DNA of 62,992 bases, filler included, from Octopus bimaculoides (lineage: Eukaryota): the NCBI RefSeq assembly GCF_001194135.2. It is 7 parts of 7 records of this genome, joined end to end, with 100 filler letters (N's around TTAATTAATTAA, not from the genome) between each part and the next. Parts side by side here need not be neighbours in the genome. Positions count along the whole stretch, not along the records: positions 1 to 15,353 come from NC_068995.1; 6 more parts are not named here. The stretch is one strand, 5' to 3'. Positions 1 to 15,453 of this stretch are shown in pieces (position 1 is the first letter of the stretch; every line of letters starts with the position of its first letter). The translations under genes and the position numbers were made by a program. The notes below the pieces were generated by a model that worked only from the letters and a program-made list of their open reading frames with translations, ran no database searches and was not told where the DNA came from.

Positions 1-1107
1 TATATATATGCACATAAATATATATGTATATATGTATACATATATATATATCGATCGTAAGGTCGTGAGTTGAAATCCCGGCGATGCGTGGTCTCCTTGA
101 GCAAGACACTTTATTTCACATTGCTTCACTCCACTCAGCTGGCAAAAATGAGTGGTACTGATATTATCTTGGCAATGGTTAAGTCCCAGACATTGCAGCC
201 AAAACTAAATGGTGTTGGAATTGACACTGCAAGGCCATTCCTGCAATATCCTAACACCTCTGCCAATGCTCCGTCCCATTGACGATAATTTCTTATCGCC
301 CACGAAAGAATAAAAAGCAAAGCTGTCATCGGCTGGATTCGAAAGCAGAGCACAAAGATGCGGAACAAATACCGTGATTGATTCTACTCAATGCAACCGC
401 TAATTTGCGGCCTTCACATCCATCAAATTTCAAGATGTAACTAAGAGTTAAACATTTTTAATAGTAAAAAAAGGCTCGTCCATTATACTGGAGGGCAGGG
501 GGAGACGAAGGGAGCATCTTCAAACAGAACACCTGGTATTTTGATAATGCTGTAATGTACAAAAGAAAGGTGTAAAAACAACCAGAATATTCTAAAGATG
601 AAGATACCATAATGATGAAAATGTGATCACGACTGAAATTGAACTCAATGCACCGGAACAACTTGAAGTCATCATGATTTTATCTTTGTAGATAGAGAGA
701 TACATACATACATACACATACGTGTGTGTGTGTGTGTGTGTGTGTGTAGGTATACGCACAGAAAGATAGAAAGGAACAAAGATAGATAACTATGAGAGTC
801 TTTCGGTGTGTTCACTCATACATAGTACATACATACGTACATATATATATATATGCATGTGCACATGTGTGTGTGTGCCTGTATATATGTATATACATAA
901 ATAGTGACCGTGAGATAGCTAGCTGGGTAGGTAGATAGAAAAATGGACATGTCATATGTATCTATCTATGTGTGTGTGTATATATGTATATGTATCTACC
1001 TATCCATCTATCCACATCTAGCTATTTATTTATCTATATACATATATGTACATATACATATATATATATATATATATTCAATATATCTGTATATATGCAT
1101 ATACATA

Positions 1108-1151
<44 letters not shown>

Positions 1152-2025
1152 TACATATATATATATATANNNNNNNNNNNNNNNNNNNNNNNNNNNNNNN
1201 NNNNNNNNNNNNNNNNNNNNNNNNNNNNNNNNNNNNNNNNNNNNNNNNNNNNNNNNNNNNNNNNNNNNNNNNNNNNNNNNNNNNNNNNNNNNNNNNNNNN
1301 NNNNNNNNNNNNNNNNNNNNNNNNNNNNNNNNNNNNNNNNNNNNNNNNNNNNNNNNNNNNNNNNNNNNNNNNNNNNNNNNNNNNNNNNNNNNNNNNNNNN
1401 NNNNNNNNNNNNNNNNNNNNNNNNNNNNNNNNNNNNNNNNNNNNNNNNNNNNNNNNNNNNNNNNNNNNNNNNNNNNNNNNNNNNNNNNNNNNNNNNNNNN
1501 NNNNNNNNNNNNNNNNNNNNNNNNNNNNNNNNNNNNNNNNNNNNNNNNNNNNNNNNNNNNNNNNNNNNNNNNNNNNNNNNNNNNNNNNNNNNNNNNNNNN
1601 NNNNNNNNNNNNNNNNNNNNNNNNNNNNNNNNNNNNNNNNNNNNNNNNNNNNNNNNNNNNNNNNNNNNNNNNNNNNNNNNNNNNNNNNNNNNNNNNNNNN
1701 NNNNNNNNNNNNNNNNNNNNNNNNNNNNNNNNNNNNNNNNNNNNNNNNNNNNNNNNNNNNNNNNNNNNNNNNNNNNNNNNNNNNNNNNNNNNNNNNNNNN
1801 NNNNNNNNNNNNNNNNNNNNNNNNNNNNNNNNNNNNNNNNNNNNNNNNNNNNNNNNNNNNNNNNNNNNNNNNNNNNNNNNNNNNNNNNNNNNNNNCGACA
1901 GCATTAGAACCCTACAACTTCCAGCCTCTTGTTTTTCTGCCACTCCATCAATGCCACCGCAACGAACCACTATGTCTTCCTTCCGCTATCTCAACCAGAA
2001 GATATGCAACCACAAAGAAAACAAA

Positions 2026-2056
<31 letters not shown>

Positions 2057-2339
2057 GAAAGAAAAGCAAAACAAAAATGAATCTGCTAATAACAGTACCC
2101 GAAAAAAACTGCGCCAACGTAACCCTCTACATTTGGTTCATTCCCACCCGTACACATAACATACCCGCTGCCCGCTCTGAAAACCATCCCCAATTATTAC
2201 TGGCGCATCTAGCTTGTAATTGCCTCGTTAACAGAATATATCCACATATCCACACTGCCGCCACCGCCGCCGACGACAATGAGAATCATATTGGCCGTAT
2301 CATTTGGTGAACAAAAAAAATAAACACCACCAGCAACGC

Positions 2340-2387
2340 CAACACTACTGCTGCTGCTACTACTACTACTACTACTACTACTACTAT

Positions 2388-2429
<42 letters not shown>

Positions 2430-2665
2430 CGCCGCCACCACCACTACCAGAAACACACCACGAACACAACCATCATCACCACCATACTACAACTACTACT
2501 ACCACCACCATCACCACTCGCACAAACACACCACCAACACTACCATTACCACCATCATACTACTACCACTACTACCACCACCACTACCACCACCATCACC
2601 AACATCACACCATCCTAACCACCATGCTACTACTACTACTACACTACTACTGCTACTACGCTACT
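2340..2665. repeat. (TAC)n/(CAC)n compound microsatellite
   Basis: Direct reading; explains the poly-Y/S/T ORFs. Confidence 0.95.
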
Positions 2666-3693
2666 GGTAGTATCACGATCAATTTGGAAAATCAGTGACA
2701 ACTTTCCCCTAAACATCACGGCTGACCCCAATGGCAGTTTGAACTCAGAACGTAAAATACGAGAAGAATTGAGGGAAGCATTTCTTCAGGCACAAGTCTT
2801 GAAATTTGGGTGGGGATTACATCGGCCCCACCGCATGACTGGCATTTGCCTTATCGACTCGGAAAGGATGAAAGCCAAAGTAGACCTCGGTGGAATTTGA
2901 AATCAGAACATAAAGACAGAAGAAATGCCGTTAAGCATTTCGTCCGGCGTGCTAACGATTCTGCCATTCGCCACCTTTACAAAAGCAACACCAATGGCTT
3001 CCGATTTAGATGGTACAATGCCAACAGTTTTGAGGGGAGGGGTTTGTCGGCAGCATCGACCTAAGTACTTCTCTGGCGTTTTATTTTATCGATCAAGAAT
3101 TTGAAGCAAGCATGTTGAAATTCCAGCGTAATCAACTTAGCCATTTACCATGTCAATGTTCGATAAGAAAAAGTACCAGTCATATACTGAGGTCGATCAA
3201 TATCGACTAATGCCGCCCACACAAAATTGTTGGCATCTTTCCTAAATTAAAAACTATTATTGCTGATAACTACCGCTGTTGTTACTGCCGCATTTGCTGT
3301 TGTTGTTGCTGTTGTTGTTATACCAATAATTATTTAAGATGTTAATATATGTGCAAGATAAACTTAATTACAAAAATGAACATTACAAGATAGAAGAGGG
3401 TGATGTCGGCGGAGAATAGATACGGCGTACAAGACGACACTTATGATTATAAAGTTAGCTAATGAAAGGTGAATAATAACAGTGGAGTCTGCATGAAATG
3501 GTGCGTACACATAATTGTTTTCTTAATGAATGTATCTGTATCGTAGCGAGGATTTAATGATGTGGGATGTGAAAAGATTCTTGCTAGTTTAATAGGTGAG
3601 ACATAATATCATTGCATCTGTAAATATTGATATAGGTAAGGAAGGGCGTGAAAGTACACAGACGTGAATATATGCTTATATGTTCTCACACAT

Positions 3694-3747
<54 letters not shown>

Positions 3748-3964
3748 CGTGAGTACAGATATGTATATATGTATATGCATATACACATACATACATACAT
3801 GCATGCATACATACATACATACATACATACATACGTAGACACACACACACACACACACACACATATTTATGTACACATATATGTATACACACAAACTCAC
3901 ACACATATATAACAAACATATATATTTGCTTATATCGATGCACACAAATACACTACAAGAAATA

Positions 3965-4290
3965 TAGTAGAATGTCGGTTTACGAACACCTCTCATCATG
4001 AACAAATCGGTTTTACGAACAGTTCTTTTGGATATAAAACGTCTCGGATGACGAATGGTGTCTCGAGTAACGAACACTCAAGTTGGTGACAACGGTTGGC
4101 GACAAACTGGGAGTATCACTGGGAGAGCATCAGTTGGTGTCTAGCTTTCACTCAGTGCACATCCCTGCCCGAATTCACTGTGCCCTCTCTTTAATTTTTT
4201 TATGGGAGAAATATTTCCGGTTTACGAACATTTCGAGTAACGGACGGCATTCAGGAAGGAATTCAGTTCGTAAACCGAAGTTCCTAACTG
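3965..4290. mobile_element. Tigger/pogo-like MITE
   Basis: Imperfect TIRs tAGTAGAATGTCGGTTTACGAAC and GTTCGTAAACCGAAGTTCCTAACTG; internal repeats of GGTTTACGAAC and GAGTAACG. Confidence 0.65.
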
Positions 4291-5924
4291 TCCAACTTTA
4301 ATATATAACCATATTAATATCGAATAGTTAGGTTGAAGTATTGTGTGATGTACAAACGTGAAAACAGAACGAAGTTGCAGCTTAATACTGTTATCCCATA
4401 ATATATATTTTTTCCGTCTTTTTTATCTGTAGGTAAGGTAGTGTCTGATTCGTTAAAGCAACTCCGAGACATGTGAGAGGGAGGATAGGGTGGAGAGGAA
4501 GGCATACTTTAGTATACATGCTTGTTGATAGCGAATATCTAATGTTGAAATATTCTTTATAGTGTTAGATGGTTTTAGGCCAAATTCGAAAAGCTCCCGC
4601 GTTTAATCCATATCTGGATTATGATTCAGTATTAAAATATATTAACGAAAGAATTAGGTATTTATGAAAAACAAATGTCTCAAATGACGTAAGCTGCAAT
4701 TTCGTAGAAATGGAAACAAAAAGAATTTGATATGTATATGTTTGTGTATGTATATACATACGAACGTATTTAAACACACACAAACACCTACAGAGAAATA
4801 CACACATATATATATACATTTATATATATATATATACATTTATATATATATATGCATATTTCAATACCAATAGATTTCAAGCTTTGCATGACAAACATGC
4901 TTTGCGTTGTTCAGTTAAAAACAGCATTTATCATCTATTTCTAAAATATTCACTACGTTAGCTCGTGTGCGTTCCTAAATTCAAACGTCCAGCTCCGTTT
5001 AAAAGAAACTATCGTGAACAATAAAAATGTTAATAACTTAGTATTATTACCGATATATATAATACTGGCGGTTTCCATTTTAACGCTTAGATCGGTCCTC
5101 AATGCGCGCTAGCCATAGCAAATGTTGGTAATACTCGAGTCAGTGATAATTTAACAGACTCGGTTATTATCCACGCTTGGTAAATCTGGATGTCTTTTTA
5201 GGGACTGCATAACTTGGTTTAAGATGTATTCATACGTATAGCAATACCTTTGAGTATATTAAATTTAATTACACAGACTACTAGAATTAGAATAAGAAAT
5301 AAGTAAATTAACAAACAAATAATAAACTTGAATTAAAAGAACACCTCTAAAACTAAAATTAAATTAAAAGCTTACGAAAGAGTTGAAGAGTAAGATTACG
5401 TTTAATAAAATTAATTATAAGCAGGATATTTAATTTATTATAATAACAGGAAAATTATAAACTATAGAGTAATAATTATACATAATAAATCAGAAATGTA
5501 ATTGAATACCTCAAAAAGACTTAAGAATACTCTTCTAAATTTGCAGAATGGTAAACTAGACGATAGTACTAAGGATCCCACAAGACCCCTTAACCATGAC
5601 CTATTTTAAGAGCAAACACACCAGTAAACACCTAACTGGCACGGGTATCTTCAGGTCACGAGGAAGTATAACTATTTATAGTAGCACCAACACATCCTTA
5701 TAAGATTCTTATTCGATCTTTCTTATACTTTTCTTCAGATGATCTTACGAACAACAGAAGATAAAGGACGGACCCCGAAGGAGCTGCATCGACAAATAAC
5801 GCCAAGATGCGCATATAACTGTGCAGCGGATGCAGCCGAAACCAAGGGAGGTATGCTGCAAATAATTGTATAATAAAATATCGATATGTAAATTTCCGTT
5901 CCACTGATCTATATATGAATGTTC

Positions 5925-5976
<52 letters not shown>

Positions 5977-6726
5977 NNNNNNNNNNNNNNNNNNNNNNNN
6001 NNNNNNNNNNNNNNNNNNNNNNNNNNNNNNNNNNNNNNNNNNNNNNNNNNNNNNNNNNNNNNNNNNNNNNNNNNNNNNNNNNNNNNNNNNNNNNNNNNNN
6101 NNNNNNNNNNNNNNNNNNNNNNNNNNNNNNNNNNNNNNNNNNNNNNNNNNNNNNNNNNNNNNNNNNNNNNNNNNNNNNNNNNNNNNNNNNNNNNNNNNNN
6201 NNNNNNNNNNNNNNNNNNNNNNNNNNNNNNNNNNNNNNNNNNNNNNNNNNNNNNNNNNNNNNNNNNNNNNNNNNNNNNNNNNNNNNNNNNNNNNNNNNNN
6301 NNNNNNNNNNNNNNNNNNNNNNNNNNNNNNNNNNNNNNNNNNNNNNNNNNNNNNNNNNNNNNNNNNNNNNNNNNNNNNNNNNNNNNNNNNNNNNNNNNNN
6401 NNNNNNNNNNNNNNNNNNNNNNNNNNNNNNNNNNNNNNNNNNNNNNNNNNNNNNNNNNNNNNNNNNNNNNNNNNNNNNNNNNNNNNNNNNNNNNNNNNNN
6501 NNNNNNNNNNNNNNNNNNNNNNNNNNNNNNNNNNNNNNNNNNNNNNNNNNNNNNNNNNNNNNNNNNNNNNNNNNNNNNNNNNNNNNNNNNNNNNNNNNNN
6601 NNNNNNNNNNNNNNNNNNNNNNNNNNNNNNNNNNNNNNNNNNNNNNNNNNNNNNNNNNNNNNNNNNNNNNNNNNNNNNNNNNNNNNNNNNNNNNNNNNNN
6701 NNNNNNNNNNNNNNNNNNNNNNNNNN

Positions 6727-6781
<55 letters not shown>

Positions 6782-9507
6782 CAAATACATACATACACAC
6801 AGACTCACATACATATATGCATTTATATGTGTGTGCCTGTAAAGATATATAAGTATATGTGTGTATATATGCATATAAATGAGTATGTGATTGTGTGTGT
6901 GTGTGTGTGTGTGCGAGATCACAAATTAGGAAATATTGTTAATTAAAAATACTACACTATTGAGCACTGGATCAAGTTATTCCTTGTTTCTTTAATAAGT
7001 ATTTTCATAATGAAGACATCTAGAAATTAATTAATTTATTCTGATTATCTTGAATTAAAATTGTAAATCATTTGTTTGAAGCTTAATAAATTGAACAGAT
7101 TAATCAATTCAGTTTTTAATTACTCGTTTTAGATTATTGGAAGTCTTCGGTTGCATATACAGGATGTATGTGTCACAGTTATGGGCTATATGAGTTTAAT
7201 GAAACTGTTTAGCCTCAATAATTTGAGTTATTAATTCGATAGAGTGATACAATAATCAGTAGAGCATCGAAGTGCCTGTTGTTTTTAAATACGGATTTTT
7301 AATTTCTGATTCTGACTTCAAACCTGACGACAATTTTTCCTTTCGCAATTCTTGGGTCTGCTATAAGACACACATGTTCTTCGGCAGAATTTTATTACTT
7401 GTCTGATATTTTTAACGTATAAAAATTACAATGAACACGCAAAATTTCAAAAGATCCGTCTTGACCAAAGTCATATTTTCAAATCAGCCGACAACACTCT
7501 CATCCTGTTTTACTTGTTGCTTTTGCTAGATTTAGCCTTAAAAAACACGAACGAAATCTATAGAATATGCATAACCAAAAGTCTGGAGAATAATTTGTAT
7601 AACCTTAACCTCTATATCGATTTTTTTTTCATATATGTTAAACAAAATGTTTATGAATACAACGGAAGACCTTCAACATTTAACCATCCACCACTTACAC
7701 ACACCAAATATTATATTAATTGCGGTCTTTGCATCCCTTACATAACTGGCACTTCGTTGGTTACGACGATGACGAGTGTTCCAGTTGATTCGATGAATGG
7801 AACAGCCTGCTCATAAAATTAACGTACAAGTGGCTGAGCATTCCGTAGACACGCGTACTCTTAACATAGCTCTCAGAGCAAATCAGAGTGAAATTCAGCT
7901 ACTACAGCTGAGTGAATTGGAGCAAAGTGAGATAAAGGACAAAACGCGCCGCCAGGAATTGAAAACTCAACCTTACGATCATGAACCGAATTATATAACC
8001 CCTAAATCGTGCAACACTTACAGCAGTAGGTTAAACAGCTTTTATAACAGCCTTTCTTCCCGCAGTTGGTTATAGCATCCACTTTGAGTTGTGGGTTTAA
8101 CAGAGTTTTCGGTGTTACTCGGAGCTCCCTACTTAATTGCAGTCCTAGTTGTGCATTTTAAGGTGCTGATATTTATTGTAAGTGGAAACCCCTGAGGTGT
8201 AATTTTCAAATTAAGGGACTATTTGACACTTTTTTAGATGGAGTAAACATAAAAGAGTTCTGAAGGAGTTTAGTTTTTAGAAATATTTTTTCTACTAAAG
8301 TTATAGGACCTGAGATTTGTGAGAAGGGGCTAGTTAAATTATATTGCCTCCTCAGTTCGACTGGTACTTATTTTATCGACCCCGAAGGATGAACGGCAAA
8401 GTCGTCCTCGGCGGAATTTGAACTAAGAACATAAATTCGAAAGATATGCGGCTAAGCATTCTGTCCAACGCTTTACTGCTTCTGTTACTTCGTCACCTTT
8501 GGCTTCCAGAAATATAAAAATACAAATCAAAGTAAACAAAAATGAACACGTGTGCACACAATAGATTTAATTGTGTACCCATAACATGTTAGATGACAAA
8601 CGTACCTAGTGTTACCTCAAAATGGTTGTAATGTAAATTGCATAATCTATATAAGAGAACTTTTATGCATTCTTCGCTTTCTTTTACCTTTTTGTTTTGT
8701 TCTCCATAATTCTAATCACATTTTCTCTTAATTATCTCTAACACTTTGACTATGATATGGTAATTAATCTGTCAAATTAAATTTAATTAAAACAATGACA
8801 ACTGAATCTTAACAACCAGCTTATATCAGATGGCTGACACATGTAAAATATCACAGAAAAAAACACCCGTAAAAATATGGGGTATGTTCCATTAAAGAGT
8901 ACCCCTTCAGAAATGGAGTACCCCACCTCGCAAAGGAGAGAGAAAAATGTGACTTCTAACCCCCTTGTTTAAACAGGACAGCTAATCGGATAGTTTTGAT
9001 GAGTTAAGGACACAAAACAATGAAAGGATAGACACCTTGTCTATTTTATCTTGATATATATGTATTGCATATAACTTTTGACCCTCTAATATTCCGTTCG
9101 ACACGAACTACATTCTCTTTATCATTTCATATATAAATAAGATTTACAGGATCGGGACACCACCACGTTTCTATAGCACCATCTTTGATAATAAATTCTT
9201 TCTTTTTCTTCATAAAGCGGACACATACATATATTATTTATGTATGTGTTTTTGTATAAGTACGATCAAAATACTGATAATCAGAGGTAGATTGAGTACA
9301 TTGGAGAAAGGCAGTGTTTAATGATCGTTGTTAATTGTTTTGTACTACCATTTAAGTCACTCAGTACTGTTGTGTTGATACTAAGAGGAGATGCCCGGAC
9401 GATATACTCGAAGACAAATACACATAACTTGTTACTATATACACACTGCAACAAAACAACATAAGCGCACACTTACACACATGACAGCCATACGCAAACA
9501 ACAATAT

Positions 9508-9592
<85 letters not shown>

Positions 9593-9822
9593 CAGATATC
9601 AATTTGTTTCTATGCCATTCTATATATAGGTGGGAGCATGTACACCCCCCACCCATATATATGTACATATAGATGTATACATACATTTATATATGTATAT
9701 ATATTTTATGTGTATATGTACATACATATATATATGTATATGTGTGTGTGTGTGCGTGTGTATTTGTTTGTACGTATATTCATACATATATATGTGTATA
9801 TATATATATATATATTTGCATA

Positions 9823-9853
<31 letters not shown>

Positions 9854-11469
9854 AATGTATATATATATGTGTGTGTATATATATACTTTTTGTATATATG
9901 CATGTATGCATGTATGTATGCATGTATGTATCTCTGTTATATAAGTGTGCTTGTATGCAAGCATGTATGTATGCATATGTGTATGTATCCATGTATACAA
10001 GTGTGCGTGTATGCATGTATGTATATAATATAGAAAGTTGACTAAGTACAGTAACACAAAAATGGCCATAAAAGAAGAGAGAAACGCATTTATACTGGGT
10101 GTGGCTCCCTAATTTCAGGAAACATCACTTAATATCGTCAAAGTAAGGAACTCCATAGAGAATAGAATATAATATTAATGATACACAGAAGAATATCAGA
10201 GAATAAGACGAAGGTGGTGCCTTAAATTGGTACTTCCGCTTCTGTTTCTTTCTCGTCGTTAAGGAATTTTAAGTAAACATGTATGTGTGTGTGCGTGTGT
10301 GTGTGTGAAGGTACGTAGTCTATTGGTTAGGCTGTTACATTCACGATCGCTAGTTCGTTGTTTCGACCTCAAGACCTGGCGACACGTTATGTTCTTGGGC
10401 AAAACAGTTTGTTTCACGTTGCTCCAGTTCAGATGCAGCTGTAGTTGTCTTAGAATTTCATCCATTCGGAGGTGGGTAAAATAGAAACCAATGAAGTACT
10501 GGACTCCATGTAATCGACTTGACCATCATACCTCAAAATTACTGTTACTGTGTCAAAATTACAAAGATTTATTATCCACTACTTCTGTGGGATAGCGTTA
10601 GAGACATCTGCGGTCAAGAAAAGAAGAAACCAATGTTGACCATCATTACAATCTACCAGCAATATTGACTATATTGCGACAACGAATATCGGTTTCAAAG
10701 ATTGGCACAAAGCCAGAAATTTCGGGAGAGATGGTAAGTCGATTACATCGACCCCGGTGTTCAAGTAGTACTTATTTTATCGACTCAGTAAGAGTGTAAA
10801 GCAAAGTCAACCTCGGTGGAACACAGAACGCAAAAAGTGACCCTGGTTGCAGACCACTGTTATAGTCTTTTGCGAATAAAGGAGGATTTGCTAGACACGT
10901 TGTAGTTTCCTCGTAGATAAAGATATCCATTTGTAATAATAGAGAGCTGCGTCCGCTGTATATAGCAGGTTCAAAAACATTGTAAGAGGAATACATATTA
11001 AACATTAAAGTACTTAGTAATTAAAAGCAGAAAAATATATTTAGATTAAGTTGATTAGTTTCAATGTCTTATTTAGCTGTTTTTCGCAGCTTACAACGAA
11101 TCATCTTCAACAGAAATGACTCAAGATTTACACAAGACTATGTTGTTACGTGCAAATGTGAATTTGAAACTGTAAGCAAGAGAAACTTTACTTAATTCAT
11201 AAATATTTGTTTCTATTTCCATCTTCAGTTTCACAAATAATATTATTAAGTCATAATTCATTTTACCATAGGGGCAAGGCTTGACATTAAGTGGGAAGGT
11301 ACCAGTCGATTACATCGACCTCGATGCTCAACTGATATTAATCTTAAAGCACCCGAATGAATGAAATGTAAAGATGACTCTGGAAGAATTTTAACTCAGA
11401 ATGTAGAGGCGGGAGAAATGAGGCTGAACAATTTTATGATGCGCTACTAATTCTGGCAGTTTACCATTT

Positions 11470-11470
<1 letters not shown>

Positions 11471-11565
<95 letters not shown>
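11471..11565. repeat. (AAT)n microsatellite, expanded tail of a minus-strand family A SINE
   Basis: About 32 perfect units abutting CCTTTCTACTAAAGGCACAGGGCCTGAAATTTTGG. Confidence 0.95.
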
Positions 11566-11995
11566 CCTTTCTACTAAAGGCACAGGGCCTGAAATTTTGG
11601 GCGAGGAGACTCGTCAATTACATCGTGTGCCAACTATTCTGCCAGCTCACCGCCTTAATTCGAACAATTATTAACGCGCCAGGAAAAATGCTTTACTGCC
11701 ATATCTTTCAACTCCCCATTCTATGTTGAAATGCCGCCTGGGTCTACTTCGCCTTTCATCATTTCGGGGTCGATAAAATTAAGTACCAGTTGAACACGGG
11801 TCGATGTAATCGACGATCACACGCTACACACCTTCCTTTCAAGTACTGCTGTAAACAGCAGGAGTGAGGTAGAACACTAAAACTCAGTGCGCATGCACAC
11901 CAGAGTTCAAGGACAATCTGTACCAAGAGGCTTCACTTTGCGTGCTTTAACTTCGTTACTATAACAACTCTCCGGTTACTTATTGATCAGACAAC

Positions 11996-12040
<45 letters not shown>

Positions 12041-12050
12041 NNNNNNNNNN

Positions 12051-12093
<43 letters not shown>

Positions 12094-12568
12094 GTAGATA
12101 GATATCCACATATATATGTGTGTGAGTGTATGTGTGTGTGTACGTATATATATGTAGCTCTCATATATGCGCATGTGTATGTCTGTATGCATGTGTATGT
12201 GTGAGAGAGAGAGAGAGAGAGTGTGTGAGTGTATATGTGTGTACTTGTGTGTATGGATATGTGTGAATCGCGGTAATTTTGTTCAAAATATTCTTTTTCA
12301 TACTTCATACTTCGTACACGAATGGATGTTCCTTGAGAGAGAGATTTGTCTAACCATATCCTAGCTGTTTGGAGCGATCACGTGATATGCCAACGGCTGA
12401 AGGGACGCAGTTACATATTTCTGATAATTATGTGTGAAACCCTATCGCTTCCCAAATGGATTGTATTCAACATGAATATTTATTTCGACTTTGAAATTAT
12501 ATAAATCACTTCAAAATGGGTTTAAAATTCAATATTCGTAAATTACTTACAATAAAATCATAAGACGC

Positions 12569-12643
<75 letters not shown>

Positions 12644-12879
12644 GTAATACGTAATACATATATATTGTTATATCATGTTACATTATAACATATTTTATAT
12701 GTGCAAGATAATTGTTAAATTTATTATACTCAAGGATATATGACACACGAGTCTATGTAATCATATATGTAAATGTATACCCACTGAAACATCCCACACC
12801 CACACACGCTAACAAGTATGAGTAAATATATGTCAGAATACACACATATACATAAATATGTATACATATCATAGACTAT

Positions 12880-13317
12880 CGTATGTCTTGCAAACAACTC
12901 GCACATGCAAGTGCTACCAGTCGAGAACTCCGCATACCGGAAGCCAGCAAGTGTATGGGGTCATCAGGAGAGAATGCGCCCAGTTTCGGGGCCTACCTCT
13001 CGACAGCATCAATGCGCACCGGCCCCCCTCACTGATATGAGACCCCGCTTGCTAGATCAACTGGTTATTAAAAACAAAGCTCAATATTTCTTTAGCCATC
13101 GCTCATCGTCTCTTTTTAACCAAATCCAGTGGCTAGCCATCTCCACTGTAGTTTGGATATCGGCCATGGTGGTATTTACCTTACAATGAGTTAGGCCTAA
13201 CGATGACAACAGTCGTCTCACACTGTGTCCAATAAACCCTATAAATCCAACTTCGATTGGAAAATGCTCTGCTTTCCAGCTTGCATCTTCACATTTCAAC
13301 ATGCATGCCATATGCAT
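12880..13317 (-). mobile_element. Hero-like RLE non-LTR retrotransposon 3' fragment with 3' UTR
   Basis: CEDASWKAEHFPIEVGFIGFIGHSVRRLLSSLGL...VEMASHWIWLKRDDERW fits the PIEVGxRGF...ASxWLWLxR C-terminus of Hero-clade elements. Confidence 0.7.
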
Positions 13318-13319
13318 AT

Positions 13320-13446
13320 GTACTTAAATGATAAACTTCTGGAGAGTTTTACAGATTTTTACAGTTCCAGTGATGGATTGGATCTGCAGTCTTCGAATTA
13401 GGTTTCTCCTTTCTGGTCCTGAGAAGCCCAATTTCTCAAGATTGAT
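13320..13446 (-). mobile_element. Family D R4/Dong-like copy, short
   Basis: Reverse complement matches 50340-50460 (LEKLGFSGPERRNLIRRLQIQSITGTVKICKTLQKFII); 5' flank is (CATA)n on the element strand. Confidence 0.75.
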
Positions 13447-13825
13447 ATGTACGTATGTATGTATGTATGTATGTATGTATGTATGTATGTTTGTGTGTCT
13501 GTCTGTCAGTCTGTCTATCTATATGTGTGTCCGTTTGCATAAGTGTGTTCTTAGAAATACAAATATATGAATAGTTGTACTGCCTTAACAACAAACACAT
13601 GACACCAACACAAAAATTATTATTAATTTAAACATATATAAACATGTACCCCAGCACAGGTACACACATACACACAAATATAAACACAAACATACATGTA
13701 TATACGTGTGTGCATATACATACATATACACATACATAGAGTGCATACATATATATACATATATACATATATATATATATATATTTATATATATATGTAT
13801 ACATATATATATATGTACACACACA

Positions 13826-13863
<38 letters not shown>

Positions 13864-14687
13864 AGCATATTACATAATTGTGTGTACGTGACTGTGTATA
13901 TATCAGTGAGTTTAATATTGTGTGTTTAAATAGAAGTTCAAGAGAATTCCTGGCGATTTCAAAGGCGGATTAAATTATTAAATAATCACCATCGGTGAAT
14001 TTTCGAGAAAATGAGTATACACACGTAACTCTTAGAAGAATATTCCAGCGTGTATAATGTGCGTATACATAGGGAATCTATCTAATTACTTCAATTATTA
14101 AGGGACTTTCATATAAACTATTAATTAATATATTTTCTCCTCGCCTACACACATTCGCACGTGCTCACGTTCTGCGGTTAAGTATAGTGATATTGTATTT
14201 AAGATCATACGCAGATATATACATGCGTAGATGCATTCACACAAACATATATGCGTGTATACATTTCTACACCATTATTCATGCATACTCACATTGGTGA
14301 TTAGATATATACCTACATGCATATAATGAGGTATGTATATACACACATACACTTGTATATCCAAACATGCACACATATAAACACACACATACTCACGTCA
14401 CTCACTCTCTCTCTCTCTCTGTCTTTTATATATGCATATAGAAACATATATATATAGACACATATATGTACGTATTCATATATTTTTTTTTTTCTACTCG
14501 CGGCACAAGGCCCGAAATATTGGGGGAGGGGCCAGTACGCATGTGGCACACAATTTATCCCACCCCGAAGGATGAAAGGCAAAGTCGACCTCGGTGGAAT
14601 TTGAACTCAGAACATAATGAAATACCGCTAAGCAGTTCGCTCGGCGTGCTAACGTTTCTGCCAGGTATCTGCATGTATGTATGTATG

Positions 14688-14735
<48 letters not shown>

Positions 14736-15353
14736 CACACATACACACACACACACACACATACACACACATACACACACACACTTATTCAGGCACACAC
14801 ACACACCCACACACACACATATAAATATATATTTATACTTACATGCATATACAGAAATAGATAGATAGACCTATAATGTTTAGGGCTATATGTCAGTGCG
14901 CTGGCGTATATGTCATGAAACAATAGACGAAATGTGTTGAGGGGTGACTGACAAGAATGATGCTGACTCCACTCTTACACCATATAGTTTTGGCGGCAAT
15001 GTAAGGTGTTTTTCCTGAAAATTATCTGCTGATTTTTTTGACAAATTTATGTATTTATTTCTCGTCTTATTCACTTATTTAATTTCGACTGATATAATTA
15101 ACCTAGATGGAGAAAAGAAGACCAAATGACATGAGAGTTTACACTCACCCACCTTGACAAAGTGCAGAGATAGTTTGAAGGATGTGTGGGCAGGAAAGAA
15201 ACAGTAAAGTTACCGCTACAACAAAAGCAACAAGAAGAATAATATCGTTTTCGACATGAACACTGTCATCAACGCCATAAGCAGAGGACAGCAAACTATA
15301 CGTCGACAAGTGTAAGACATAAACATGGATAAACGCATGTATATATATATATA

Positions 15354-15453
15354 NNNNNNNNNNNNNNNNNNNNNNNNNNNNNNNNNNNNNNNNNNNNTTA
15401 ATTAATTAANNNNNNNNNNNNNNNNNNNNNNNNNNNNNNNNNNNNNNNNNNNN
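15354..15453. other. Artificial assembly spacer N44-TTAATTAATTAA-N44
   Basis: Exactly 100 nt with an all-frame stop 12-mer. The same 12-mer occurs in identical spacers at 32992, 36151, 46319, 53468 and 58010. Confidence 0.95.
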
